NCBI RefSeq assembly: GCF_006345805.1
Contig: NC_043006.1
Span: forward strand, 50,654,001 to 50,718,000
Direction of reading: 5' to 3'
Origin: Octopus sinensis
Lineage: Eukaryota
Length of the DNA: 64,000 nucleotides
In this document: piece by piece, positions 23,128 to 35,817 of the stretch
How positions within the stretch are numbered: the stretch's first letter is position 1
Layout: the number at the start of each line of letters is the position of its first letter
The notes under the pieces: generated by a model
What the model was told of the DNA's origin: nothing
Databases searched by the model: none
The model's input: the letters and a program-made list of their open reading frames with translations, nothing else
Program-made: the position numbers and the translations under genes

Positions 23128-23162
23128 GTTTCTGACGAAGAGCTCCGCTCGAAACGTTAAAC
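23128..23162 (+). ncRNA. Minimal hammerhead motif, canonical core with extra A (family P1)
   Basis: GTTT-CTGACGA-A-GAGC(TCC)GCTC-GAAA-CG-TT-AAAC. Confidence 0.75.
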
Positions 23163-23334
23163 CTTCCTTCCTGAGCGTCCAATAATGTTATATTTGTTCA
23201 ACGTCCTCGCGGTGTTGTGTATCCTCTTTGTGTTTTCATGTTTGGATTAACCATATATATATACATGCACGCACGCACGCGCGCGCGTATATTAGTCAAC
23301 GGACGACATCAGAGATTCTCGGTATAGAAAACTT

Positions 23335-23420
23335 CTTCTTAATCCTTTTTGCCCCTTGTGGAGCATAGGGCATCAACAGTTGTTTTCCACTTTTTGCGGT
23401 CATTAGCGTGTTTATTGGCT
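23335..23420 (-). mobile_element. RTE-clade LINE, extreme 3' end
   Basis: Minus strand KHANDRKKWKTTVDALCSTRGKKD* followed by an (AAG)n tail. Confidence 0.75.
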
Positions 23421-23833
23421 GCTTGTGTTTATTGAAAACTGTGTGGACACCCGTCGTACATACAAATATATTTGTGTAATCCTTTTTCTGTCTGTGTATG
23501 TCCCCATAATCCCCTTCGTAACCGGTGTTGATTCATTTACGTTCCCGTAACTTAGTAGTCTTCAGCTGAAGAGACAGAATAAGCACGAGACTTTACCAAA
23601 TATAAATGTATTGAGCTCTATTTGCTCGACTAAAAATCATAGTCCAATGGTTGAAACAACTACAATAACAAATGTGTGTGAGTATTTAGATACAGATATA
23701 TCTGTGTGTGTGTTTCAGTTTTTTTAGCACAAGGCCAGCGATTTCGGGGACGGAACTATTCGATTGCATCGACCCCAGGACGCAACCGGAACTTACTTGC
23801 ACATATATATATTCTTTATTTTCTCTTCTTGTT

Positions 23834-23871
23834 TCTTTCTGTGGAAGAGCGTAGGCTCGAAACGTTAAAGA
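23834..23871 (+). ncRNA. Minimal hammerhead-like motif, A6U variant with extra A (family P2; 5'-truncated copy at about 60890-61010)
   Basis: TCTTT-CTGTGGA-A-GAGC(GTAG)GCTC-GAAA-CG-TT-AAAGA. Confidence 0.5.
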
Positions 23872-23977
23872 CTCTTTTACTTTCCGAGCGTTATGCTAAT
23901 ACATCTGTTTGTTGTCTACACTACCTCTCTTCGTCTTTTGTTTTTCTTTTTTTTGTGAATTTTCTCTCTCTCTCTCA

Positions 23978-24023
<46 letters not shown>

Positions 24024-24567
24024 CATATATATGCACACAGACACAGAGTGCAATTTAAATCTTGAATTACATGGTAATGAGCAAGTATTTTGAACGCCAT
24101 AAGTATTCCAGTCTGTATTATTGTAACCTAATCATTTCAGTATGAATATAGTGTTAGACTGATTAAGCCACAGAGTATACGGAAGGAAATATATAAAACA
24201 TGAGAGATTGTATGATACTTGATTTACTAAATATCAAATAAACAATCTGTCGTGTTTTTGTTTATGATATGTAAATATACGTCTAATGGCCTCTTGGTCG
24301 GGTTATTGCATTCACGATAACGTGATCGTGCTTCCAATTCCTGGGCTGGGTGGTGAGTTGTGTTTTTAAGCAAAACATTCCATCTCGCGCTACTTTGCGA
24401 TTACCTCGATACCTGATATTTTGTACACTATGCGCCTGTTCGGACCAGATCGATTTTATGGAGGGAGTGATCTAAGGCATAGCAAAAATATTTTATCACT
24501 ATAAACAAATAATTTGCGCAGGTTGTTCAGCAAAAATATTGCTAGGAAGCGAGAGACTACCAATAAT

Positions 24568-24617
<50 letters not shown>

Positions 24618-24683
24618 CCAGGGATTTGACCAGTGTGGAACCACCACTTAATCACTATTTTTCCCAAGTCTACTCTAACCCGG

Positions 24684-25019
24684 TGAAAGCGCATGGCTCA
24701 GTGGTTAGAGCGTCGAGCTTACGATCGTGAGGTTGTGAGTTCGATTCCCGGACCGGGCTGCGTGTTATGTTCTTGAGCAAGACACTTTATTTCACGTTGC
24801 TTCAGTTCACTCAGCTGTAGAAATGAGTTGCAGCATCACTGGTGCCAAGCTGTATCGGCCTTTGCTTTCCCTTGGATAACATCAGTAGCGTGGAAAGGGG
24901 AGGCTGGTATGCATGAGCGACTGCTGGCCTTCTATAAACAACCTTGCCCGGACTTGTGCCTGGGAGGGTAACTTTCTTGGTGCAATCCCATGGTCATTCA
25001 TGACCGCAGGGGGTCTCCG
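24684..25019 (+). mobile_element. tRNA-derived SINE, family D, full length with 12-bp TSD
   Basis: Head GCGCATGGCTCAGTGGTTAGAGC..GAGTTCGATTCCC; TSD ACTCTAACCCGG at 24672-24683 and 25020-25031. Confidence 0.92.
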
Positions 25020-25530
25020 ACTCTAACCCGGAGAAGTAGCGCTTTTCAGGATCCCATCTACGGGCTAAATAATATATGCAATGACAATCCATCTGTGCGC
25101 GAGGACGCAGAAATGCCCTTGGTGTGATGACACGGAATAAAACCCCTGGGACTGAGGGGGGCTCCAAGCTGTTGTCACAGCATCCTTCTAAGAGAGGGAC
25201 ACTCTGATGGCAAAAACTGTGGTTTCATAAGATTTGTCATCATCTCACTCCGACCTGTCACCAGGTACTAACCAATGGAACCCCAGAGAATGATGCTCGT
25301 GTTGTACAAGCTTTATTGTTATAATCTAATGACGTATAGATGTCTCTTTATTACCTTATTCGTCATTCCATCTACTGAAAGTCCTTTGACAATGGAAAAT
25401 GGCTACATGTGCAGACCCAAGCAGGTGGAATTGCACAGTAAGTTAAAGCTTTTGTCAGTCACCTATTCTCCAAAGCATGCAGATCTCGAAAGGAACTGAA
25501 TCGTCATCTGAGATGTCATTGACAGAAAAT

Positions 25531-25890
25531 CAGAAATGTCATGCCATTGTCGAGGAGGAAGCACAAGGAGACGGTAATCATATTTGAAGATAAAAGAATC
25601 ACCAGGCGCATGGCTCAATGGTTAGAGCGTCGGGCTCACAATTACGAGGTTGGGAGTTCGATTCCCGGACTGGGCTGTTGTGTTCTTAAGTAGGACATTT
25701 TATTTCACATTGTTCCAGTTCACTCGGTTGTAGAAATATATTGGCCTTTGTCTTTGCCTTGGATAACATTGGTGGTGTGGAGAGGAAGGTTGGTATGCAT
25801 GGTCTTCCGCAAACAACTTTGTCCAGGCTTGAGCCTCGGAGGGAAACTTTCTAGGTGCAATCCCATGGTCATTCAATGACCAAAGAGGGT
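25531..25890 (+). mobile_element. RTE-tail-like segment plus SINE family D (similar unit at 28162-28410)
   Basis: The same ~72-bp leader precedes the SINE head at both loci. Confidence 0.8.
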
Positions 25891-25973
25891 ATTTACTCTT
25901 TATATACACGTACATATATATACGTATATGTATGTGTATATATATATATGTGTGTGTGCGTATGTATACATAG

Positions 25974-26039
<66 letters not shown>

Positions 26040-26108
26040 GGAGTAAGCACATAAATGTAAAACAAGGTGGAAAAAAGGGTACTCAAATACCAGAGTTAGA
26101 GTAATATG

Positions 26109-26258
26109 CTTTATTTAAAAACAGCAGAAATATAATAAAAGCTGTTACTCAGAGTTTCACGTTCCCGTTCGTCGGACAGTTTTGTTAACGAAACTGTCCG
26201 ACGAACGTGAAACTCTGAGTAATAGCTTTTGTTATAGTTCTCCTGCTTTTAAATAAAG
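26109..26258. repeat. Palindrome of HHR-bearing repeat ends, centred on GTTAAC (26184-26189)
   Basis: Arms are reverse complements; the right arm lacks 6 bp of helix II. Confidence 0.9.
26142..26179 (-). ncRNA. Hammerhead motif, U4C variant
   Basis: CTGT-CCGACGA-ACG(GGAA)CGT-GAAA-CTCTGAG-TA-ACAG. Confidence 0.65.
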
Positions 26259-26300
26259 TATGTATATGTGTGTGTGTGTGTGGTGTGTGTGTGTGTGTGT

Positions 26301-26371
<71 letters not shown>

Positions 26372-26762
26372 GCATACATATGGGCATGGATATATGTACC
26401 TGTGCGTGCATATACATCGTTTGAAGGCATGATGCTTTGGAATTGTCTGATTTAAGCTCTTTTCATGCACTTGTGTTAAAATCACAATTTATATCGAGAA
26501 CGACAGACGCAGTCAGTTTTATTGGAGCTACTCAGTGCTGTGCACTCGATTAATACCTGCTTAAACGGAATTCGTGCTTCGATGCATACACTTAATATCA
26601 CACAGAGATGGTCTGAAAATATTTAAAAGGAGACAAAAATAGCAACTTTTTTTCATTTAATACTGTTTCTAGAGACCGCCAGTCTTCTACAGTTCCAGTG
26701 AAAGTTTATTCCTATATATCGAAGCACGGATTTCATTTAACCAGGTGACAATTGAGTGCTCT

Positions 26763-26799
26763 GTATTGACAAGCCTCGACAAAGGCGAAACGCGTTTGT
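26763..26799 (+). ncRNA. Hammerhead motif, U3-A8 variant
   Basis: GTA-TTGACAA-GCCT(CGACAA)AGGC-GAAA-CGCG-TT-TGT. Palindromic ACGCGT helix III; helix I is weak (two wobbles). Confidence 0.6.
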
Positions 26800-27139
26800 C
26801 GTTCGCGTGAATCATTACAGCGACGATGTTCCTCTCCCTTCGATATATATTGTATTTGTAACACAAGTCAATGCAGAGATTTAATCTCAAACAATTCCAC
26901 AGCATCATGCCTTCTAAAGGTGTGTATGTATTAAGTATGATGCACAGATTGCGATTCTAACTTAATGTTGTTTCATCTGCGTCTTCCTTCCAAAAGGTCC
27001 GTGTCATTCTGTTTTTTTGTATCTTTTCTAAGATTTTTTTTTTGTATTTTTTTTTCGAAAATCTTCCTTCAAATATTTTTATTGCTTGAATTAATTTTTG
27101 TAAAACCGTATCTATTACCTGTAGATGTGAACAGAGGCT

Positions 27140-27535
27140 AAGGAGCGGCTGTGTCGTAAGTAGCTTGCTTACCAACCACGCGGTTCTGGGTTCAGTCCCA
27201 CTGCATGGCACCTTGGGCAAGTGTCTTCTAAAGCCTCGGGCTGACCAAAGCTTTGTGAGTGGATTTGATGGACGGAAACTGAAGCCCGTCATATGTATGT
27301 ATATGTATATATATATATACACACACGTGTATGTGTATGTGTTTTGTGTCTGTGTTTGTCACCATTACATGATAACCAATGCCGGTGTGTTTACATCACC
27401 GCAAAGTAGAGGTTTGACAGAAGAGACCGATAGAATAAGTACTAGGCTTACAAAAAATAAATTTTGAGGTCGATTCGTTCGACTAAAGGCGGTGCTCAGC
27501 ATGACTGCAGACAAATGATTGAAACAAATAAAATA
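27140..27535 (+). mobile_element. SINE family B, full length
   Basis: Head-to-tail match with 61101-61465. Confidence 0.88.
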
Positions 27536-27832
27536 ATATAAATGTGTTTGTATATATATATAAACACGGTTATAGAGCGAGCATACAGATGTAAGCATTG
27601 GCAAAAACATACATTTAGTGCATATAAGTAGTCTCTATCATTATATATAATTTAAACTTTAATTTCCTTTATATTTAACATTCACTATTAATATCCCTAC
27701 TCTTTCTGTTAGCTACTTATGACGTTATATCATATAACGTTTTTTTAAACAATATTAATAGCGTTCTGTCTATCGCTATACAAATCCATCATTTTTTGCT
27801 AAAATGTCTTATTGACGAGTTTCATTTTTTTC

Positions 27833-27918
27833 ACTTTCCTGAGGAGAAGATTGCATTGTTTATACCATTTATTCTTTTGAATAGTATCAGTGGAATTTTC
27901 GAAACATGTGTCGAAAGT
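27833..27918 (+). ncRNA. Type I hammerhead motif, canonical core, extended helix II
   Basis: ACTTTC-CTGAGGA-GAAGATT[41 nt]AATTTTC-GAAA-CATGTG-TC-GAAAGT. Helix I 6 bp, helix II 7 bp; predicted GUC cleavage after 27912. Confidence 0.85.
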
Positions 27919-28108
27919 AAAAATATTTGATTACACCTGCGTTAACTCCATGTTTTTATTCATATTAATCAAAATATTCAACGTAAACACGAAGTTTCTA
28001 CCTTTATAAACAAGGAGTTACAAGACCTTTACTTGTGAGATTTTTGCTGCCCTGGTAACTATTTATTTATTTTTCCGTGTTAATTGTTAACAAGGTAAAA
28101 ATACACTC

Positions 28109-28151
<43 letters not shown>

Positions 28152-28686
28152 TATAAATAATCAGAAATGTCATGCTATTGTCGAGGAGGAAGCACAAGGA
28201 GATGGTAATCATCTATGAAGATGAACGAATCACCAAGCGCATGGCTCAGTGGCTAGAGCGTCATGCTCACAACCATGGGGTTATGAGTTCGATTACCGGA
28301 CTGTGCTGTGTCGTGATCTTAAGTAAGACATTTCACATTGTTTCAGTTCACTCAGTTGTAGAAATGAGTTGCGACGGCACTGGTGCCAAGCTGTATTGGT
28401 CTTGGTCTTTCCTTATATCTCAGAAAAATGGGATTAAAACATCCTCGCAGATATCAAGTAAGCACGCAGTATAAAGGAATATGGCTAAACTTCTAACGAG
28501 TAGATACCAGTAAAGGTATGTATAATACAAATCTCAGGTAAATCTTGATGTATGGCAGGTAAATCCAACAACCCTTTTGTAGAATTATAAGAAATTCAGA
28601 GTATTAACAATCAATATGTACGAAGAAAATCATATCTTTATTTTAGATCACACCTTAAAAATCCAGCAATTGATTCAACTGCATTA

Positions 28687-28718
<32 letters not shown>

Positions 28719-28747
28719 GCACGTACGTACGTATGTATGTATGTATG

Positions 28748-28779
<32 letters not shown>

Positions 28780-29364
28780 AAATTAAGGAGTGCGTGCGTT
28801 ACATAAATATTTTCAGAATTAACTAAAAAAACAACAAACGAAAAATATAACCGACTTATATACATATACTAATAGAAATACCCATCGTTGATCGGGTAAT
28901 TACCTTTACTCTTTCTCGGGAGCCACATTCAAAGTGTTATTATATATAGATAGATTTACTCCTCCTGTATGTGTGTATTTTATAAGAAACATGTAATAAT
29001 TGAAGTAGAAAAAAGGTCAATTTCATACACGAACTTCTGTTTGTTTATTATATGGCAATAAATGAGTTGTGGGTGTTGTTTTATATATCAATACAGTAGT
29101 GGCCATTATGTAATACACAAGGATTTGGTCGGCATGGAGCTGTACTGAAGGAGAATTGCCAACGTGCCGCACAGTGGGACTGAACCCAAGGCGACATGGT
29201 TGGAAAGTAAGCTTCTCCACCACACAGCTACGCCTATAAAGGAAGATACATTTTGGGTAATATACTTGTTGATACAATATGCTTAACCTAAAGATATGTT
29301 TACGAGAAGCCCTTTGATTGTAATATTTACTCGAGCCACGCAACAACTAACAACGCTACACCAT

Positions 29365-29610
29365 ACAGGGTGTTCCAGAATTAACTGTTTCAATGAAATT
29401 GAGCAAATTATTAATAAACTGACAGAATTTTATGTTTATCACCAAAACAAATAGATTTATAAATCTTCCAACAAACTTTTATTGAAAATTTTCAACATGT
29501 CTGTATCCTTGCATACTTCAAATCTCTCCTTAGTGTTGTGAAACACATTTTGAAGCATTTAAGGAGTTAGCTCCTGCACTGTTAACTAAATACGTTCTTT
29601 AAGCTCAGCT
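29365..29610 (-). mobile_element. Tc1/mariner-superfamily 3' remnant
   Basis: TA-CAGGGTGTTCC TIR-like end; minus strand ELKERI..MLQNVF..KERFEVC resembles an ITm transposase C-terminus. Confidence 0.5.
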
Positions 29611-30589
29611 AAACGATTGCTCCATCTTGGGGATGGAGGTAAAGAAAATGATTGCTGCCAAATTGAAAAAAGCTGTCATGGACATAAAAGAGTGGTCCAA
29701 CAGGAACGAAAATAAAATTATAAACAAAATTCAAAATTTATACACTTTTAACACATACTAAACATGATAAACATAAATATAAGTGAGTTTTTAAAAGATG
29801 CATCCGATTTCACTCAAATAATCATTAATCGTGGGACAAACTGTATTTAGTCGTCCGATTAAACGGAGCAGGGAACACAGGAGTGGGGAACCTAATTGCA
29901 GGTGGCGAACGTAGCTTCCGGAAGTGGTCACGCAATCAAACTCAAATGGCTGTGAGTCACAACAGCAGTTTTCTGGGGGTTTTTTTTAGCATGAACATTT
30001 TGCATTATATAGGTCAGACAAGGATGACATAGTAAGAAGACATGCTGCTGGGTCATGCTGCGTTGCGCAGGATTGGAAACGTGAAACATCAACAGGGCAC
30101 TTCTGGAGAATGGATGAATGGGTTTGTTGTGCTTCCAAAATACAAGCTGTGTGGTAAGAAGCTTGCTCCTCAAGCACTTGGCTCCGGGTTCAATCCCACT
30201 GCGTCGCAATCCAACATCGCTTGAGCAGTGGTAATTGAGGTCAAATGCAACAGAGAGCATTCACACGTATATATTTTCATGCATAGACACACACATATAT
30301 GCACTAAAGACATCCACACTGTTTCCGTCTACCAAATCCATTCAGTTTTAGGTTGGCCCATGGTTATAACAGAAAACTATAACCCAAGATGCCGCACAGT
30401 TGGACACAACCTAAGACCACAGGGTTGAGAAGCAAGCTTCTTAACCACACAGCCATTCATGCCTATCAATTATATCGATCTTCTGAGAGCAGTCGATATG
30501 AAAATCGATAGAATATCGGTCAGATTATCTTTTCAACGTTTAGTTATATTCTTTTACTTTCTGGGGTTAGACCATTATTTATTCATTAA

Positions 30590-31030
30590 TTTATTTAACC
30601 CCTTGTGAGCAATAAAGAAATAAGAAACGTTAGCACATCGGCCGAAATGTTTAGCGGTATTTCGTCTGCCGTTACGTTCTGACTTCAAATTCCGCCGAGG
30701 TCGACTTTGCCCTTTATCGGGGTCGATAAATTAGGTACCAGTTACGCACTGGGGTCGATGTAATCGACTTAATCCGTTTGTCTGTCCTTGTTTGTCCCCT
30801 CTATGTTTAGCCCCTTGTGGGCAATAAAGAAATAAACGTTAGCACGACGGCTGAACTACTTAGCGGTATTTCGTCTGTTTTTACGTTCTGAGTTCAAATT
30901 CCGCCGAGGTCGACTTTGCCTTTCATCCTTTCGGCGTCGATAAGTTAAGTACCAGTTGCGTGGTGGAGTCGATCTAATCGACTGGCCCTCCATCCAAAAA
31001 TTTCGGACTTTGTGCCCAAAGTAGAAAAGA
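30590..31030 (+). mobile_element. SINE family A dimer
   Basis: Two tandem units. Confidence 0.88.
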
Positions 31031-32414
31031 ATATTTATTCCGATTCTGTTCAAATCCTGCTGCGAGCAACTTTGATTTCATCCCACCGAAGTCGATAAAA
31101 TAAAATACCTGTCAACTATTTTGGTCACTGGTACTAACCCCAGTACTTGACCAAACCCCTTACCCGCTAACTTGTTGGTCTTCTGCCAAAATTAGAAATT
31201 ATCATTGTTGTTGTTGTTGTTGTATAACGTTTGGTCAGCTCTCCTCCAGCAAAGCTATAATTGAAGTATTTCAAACTTGACCATCTCGTCTCTCGTATCT
31301 ATCTCTGTCTCTCTCTCTCTCACACACACATACACAACACACACTCAGATGTACATATACCCACGCATCCACAGACATACACACACATATTCTTGCTACG
31401 TTCTTGTCTTCTGAATGTAAATTTTTGTGACAGTGAGATTGTTATTACTCTTGTTGTTCGTGTCGAAGGCACTCGGGCGAAATTTGATTTATATAGATCC
31501 TCGCTTCACCACCTGCATTTGTAAAGTTTATCACTGCCATAGATATATTATAATTCCTATGTTTATAGCGTTTATTGTATTGTACGTGCTGTTGCAAGCA
31601 AAATTCTTATGATAATTCTGTTTGTACTTCCGTTACTTAGCCCGTCCGTAACGCTTCCACATGATTCGCTGAAGAGGGAAGATATGGGAGTGATGGGGGG
31701 AGGTGAGAGATGGGGATGGGATGGAGAAGAAGAGGTGGTGCAGAGTGAAATGTGTAATTTCTTTTTTGAAATTACACATTTTTTCCTCCGTTGCTTAACC
31801 TGTCTAACGTGATTAGATGAAAGGAAAGGCGAAAGAAAAGAGAGAGAGAGAAAGAGAAAACGGGTAGGCGAAGGGTGAGAGAGGAAGAGTGTTGTGTATT
31901 AAATCTATAAAATTGTGCATAAAGGATATAAAGTGCATTAAGTAATCATCGTATTTCAATTTCCTTCACTTTTCAATGATTAGATCAGCGACGATCTTTT
32001 GATACAGACACAACACAGGCTACGCTTTCAGATGTTTTTAATAAAGTTTTCAGAAATAACCTAATAATTTTACCATTAATTCCGTGAAATATTATTATTG
32101 TACATTTCACCTCTCAGAGCTCTCGGTTTCTCTTGCTTCGGCTAATTTTGTAAGAGCGGGCAATAACCTGTTAAGTGTCTCACCAGGTCTTCTTCCATGA
32201 AACTTAACATCCAAGTACCAGTCTGAAAATACTCGCCAGCCCCCATAAAGCAGTTTTCTGACCATGTTCTACCCTTGTGTCAATCCCAATTTTGCTACCC
32301 CAGTTGTTAATGCTCTTGATGCCCCTACAACTAAAGGAATGTCATATACTTTCTTCATTGCCCACATTTGTGGAATCTCTTCTTTTAGTGGAGTGTACAT
32401 CTGAATCTTTACCC

Positions 32415-32445
<31 letters not shown>

Positions 32446-32455
32446 TATTATTATT

Positions 32456-32668
32456 AAGGCGGTAATTTGGCAGAATCTTTAGCACGCCGGGCGAAATGCT
32501 TAACAGTATTTCCTCTGTCTTCACATTCTGGGTTCAAATTCCGCTGAGGTCGACTTTGCCTTTCATCCTTTCGAGGTCGATAAATTAAGTACCAGTGAAA
32601 CACTGGTGTCGATATAATCGTCTTATCCTCTCCCGCAAAATGGATGCCTTTGTGGCAAAATTTGAAAC

Positions 32669-32729
<61 letters not shown>

Positions 32730-32865
32730 ATTATTATTATCATTACGACGACAACCTGGCAGAATCGTTAGCAAGCCAGACAAAATGATTAGCGGCTTTT
32801 CGTTTGTCTTTACGTTTTGAGTTCAAATTCCATCAAGGTCAACTTTACCTTTCATCCTTTCGAGT
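32456..32865 (+). mobile_element. Two SINE family A copies, each preceded by (ATT)n
   Basis: Heads at about 32456 and 32755. Confidence 0.85.
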
Positions 32866-32879
32866 GATGCGTACGAGTC

Positions 32880-33600
32880 TTTGTCATCAACTTCCGAAAC
32901 TTTTACATCAACCATGTAGCTCTCAGAGATGGACCAATTAATAATACTGAAATTGTATATGATTACGGACCTGGCAAACGTGTTTAATGCTTCAATTTCG
33001 TTCTTCGTGTTCACCTAGGTTCTCAGAATATCTCTTACTCTACGAAAACATTCCTTATCTTTTTCTCCATTAGTGGGTTCTTAATTTTATCTCCTTCACA
33101 GAACTCTGAAATATTTATAACTGCCATTACGTTTTAATTCTTTTCATTATCTAGAGTGATGTTACACATAGTTGATAGGTTTTCTGAGACAACTGTAGCC
33201 TTGGCGCAATTATTATGCCCAAATTCCATTTTCATATTATCACTATATTGTTTGACACTACGAGGAAGTACTTGAAGCTGTTCATAATTTTTTGCAGTTT
33301 CAAGTTATGCATATAGAGATGTTTGATGGGTTTTTTTCATACTCCATGTATCCAGAATTTGTTTCATTTTGGAGTTAGTGCTAAACAAACTAATGAAGAT
33401 AATGTGTCTCCTTTGAAAACTGTACATTTGATATTGACATCTACACAATTTATTGTTGTAGTGTCTGTGTCATTCAGGAGAAAAACATGAGAGAGGTGGG
33501 GCCCCCAAGTTTCTTCCTTCAATCGCAGTGCCAAGTAGGAGGTTAATCTTTTCTGTATAAATCGCAGGTCCTCTATTACGTCAGATATTTATCATAAATG
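32880..33600 (-). pseudogene. R4/Dong-type LINE reverse-transcriptase remnant
   Basis: Minus strand FKGDTLSSLVCLALTP (GDSLSP motif) and IKHLYMHNLKL (YMDD motif, decayed). Confidence 0.7.
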
Positions 33601-33639
33601 TCATTTGAGAGCCATTTCTCCACCTTTACAGTAAACTTA

Positions 33640-33980
33640 GCACGGGGAGCTCGAGCAACGTCATGCCCAGGCATTATCAGAATTAGCTGGACGGATTAAA
33701 GAAATAATGAATGGGTTTCTAGCAACATAAATTGCCAGGAAAGACTGTTAAATCCTATCATGAAGAGAAACTAGACCTTCACCGGACATATACTTAGAAG
33801 ACAAGAACTTCACAAGTCCCTTTAAAAAGTGCGACTTCGGGCAAAAAAAGAAAAAAACGAAGACCTAAAACCAGATTTAGTGATAACATCAAAGAAGCTA
33901 TTAGCAAAAGTTTTGCAGAGCTGTGCAGATTGGCACAGGACAGACATGGGTAAAAGGTCGCGGTGGCTCAATTATTTGAG
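33640..33980 (+). mobile_element. RTE-type LINE C-terminal remnant
   Basis: FTGHILRRQEL..RRPKTRFSDNIKE..ELCRLAQDR. Confidence 0.75.
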
Positions 33981-34589
33981 CCTTCCATCATATAGAGAGT
34001 GTCTGTATTCAGAATTAATGTCATTTTCTAAAGCTTCATAATATGAGATAAATTATTCTTGATTATTGGTGGTTTTAAATTTCTCCAGACACTCCTCTGT
34101 TCAGCTGTTCCAGCTGTGACGAACATTATCAGAGGCCATTTTATAACATATTTAGTCATTCGAAAACTACTTTTCTTGTGGTGACAACCACCAAAAAGTG
34201 TTTTTTCTTTCTCAATTACCCGTTAAGCACTGACGTCGATATAATCAGCTAACCCATCCTTTTGGCCTTGTGCCAAAATATGAGACCATTATTATGATGA
34301 TGATATTTTCTTTTTTCAGTTGTTTCCATTTCTTGACACCTTGGTCAAAGAAACTCACTGTTTACATTGACAGGTCATTAAAATTAACTCACCAGATTAA
34401 TAATTTGCATCAAATGAAGTTATGTAGAATTTTTTTATAAGAGAGGTAAGTGTTCTCAACTGACAATGTTCTTTTCGATAGTGTGACGCAACCGGTATTA
34501 TTATTATTCTATAACTGTTCAATATTTGGTAGATTGAGGAAAATTTCTACTGCATCACCTGCTACACCTCCGTGTTGCTGAGGTATGAG

Positions 34590-35735
34590 CAGCATTGTGT
34601 GGTCTTTTCTGCTGTTGAGAGTGTACGAACTCTTCCCGGTACTGTATTGTGTTTTCTTTTTTCTCTCGAGGTGTGGTGCTGTCTTTTGTTGTGTTTCTGC
34701 TTGTATTGAGTGTATAATGCTTTGGTTTTTGGCTTGCTGGTGGGAGTTTATTTCACTGGGTAAGTGCTTTATAGAGTATGTCTTGTATTTGTGGGTTGTT
34801 TTCTTTAAGTTGTATTATTGGATTGATAGTATCTGGCGTAGGATATTTTTTAGACAGTGTGCAGTGTTGAGGATCCAGATATAGCTTCTACATTTTTGTT
34901 CATATGATTTTTTTATCATGCCCAGTACTCCAATTATTATTAGTATTGTTTTTACCTTCATGCCCCATATTTTGAATACTTCAATTTCGAGGTCTTTAGA
35001 CTTCGACAATTTCTCCTCTTCTTTTTTGACAATATTTTGATCAGAAGGGAATGCAATGTCTATCAGTAAGCAGGTGTCTTTTTCCCAGTCCTTGACTATT
35101 ATGTCTAGGCGAATAGCTTTTATTTCTTTGTCGGTTTGAATCGGCATATCCAAGATGATTGTGGCGCATGCTAATACCACCTGCTGTCAGTTTTGATGTT
35201 TGTAATGTTGGCATATTGTCCAGTGGATATAACTGCTTATTTTGTTGTGTCTATATGCATGTTCAGACTTGGCAAGGACTCACCAGCCCGTGATGATGTG
35301 GTCAGCTCTCTCATGGTGCTGGTTGCACACTCTGCATTTGGTGTTGAGGCTCGTTTTCCTTATCTTGTATTTATAATTGTTTGTAGTCAGGCATTGGTCT
35401 TGTGCAGTGAGAATCAGTCTTTCCGTTTCGGCTTCTAGTCCAGAGCTTTTGAGCCATTGTTGGCTTTTACCTAGCCGCACTTCCTCTCTGGCAAGCCTTG
35501 CAGGGTATTGGCCATCATGTGGTTTTTCTCTCCATTTCTTCTTCAGAATCTTTTGCAATTCAATTTTCAAGTTTTTTGTTTCTCTTACCATTTCTGCTAT
35601 GTTGTCATCTGAGGTCAGTGTAGTTTGCTTCTGTTTTGTATTTTGTCGTCCCTTTGTGTATAAAGAAAAGTGTTTTCTTTTTCTCATGTTGCTTTACTAC
35701 ATGCAGTAGTCTTCCCTCTTTGTTTCTAATTATTA
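34590..35735 (-). mobile_element. R4/Dong-clade LINE 3' region (zinc knuckle and restriction-like endonuclease), decayed
   Basis: CRVCNQHHERADHIITG; IRLDIIVKD..CLLIDIAFPSDQNIVKKEEEKLSKSKDLEIE..IIIGVLG; abuts (ATT)n. Confidence 0.9.
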
Positions 35736-35783
35736 TTATTATTACTATTATTATTATTATTATTATTATTATTATCAATATTA

Positions 35784-35815
<32 letters not shown>

Positions 35816-35817
<2 letters not shown>

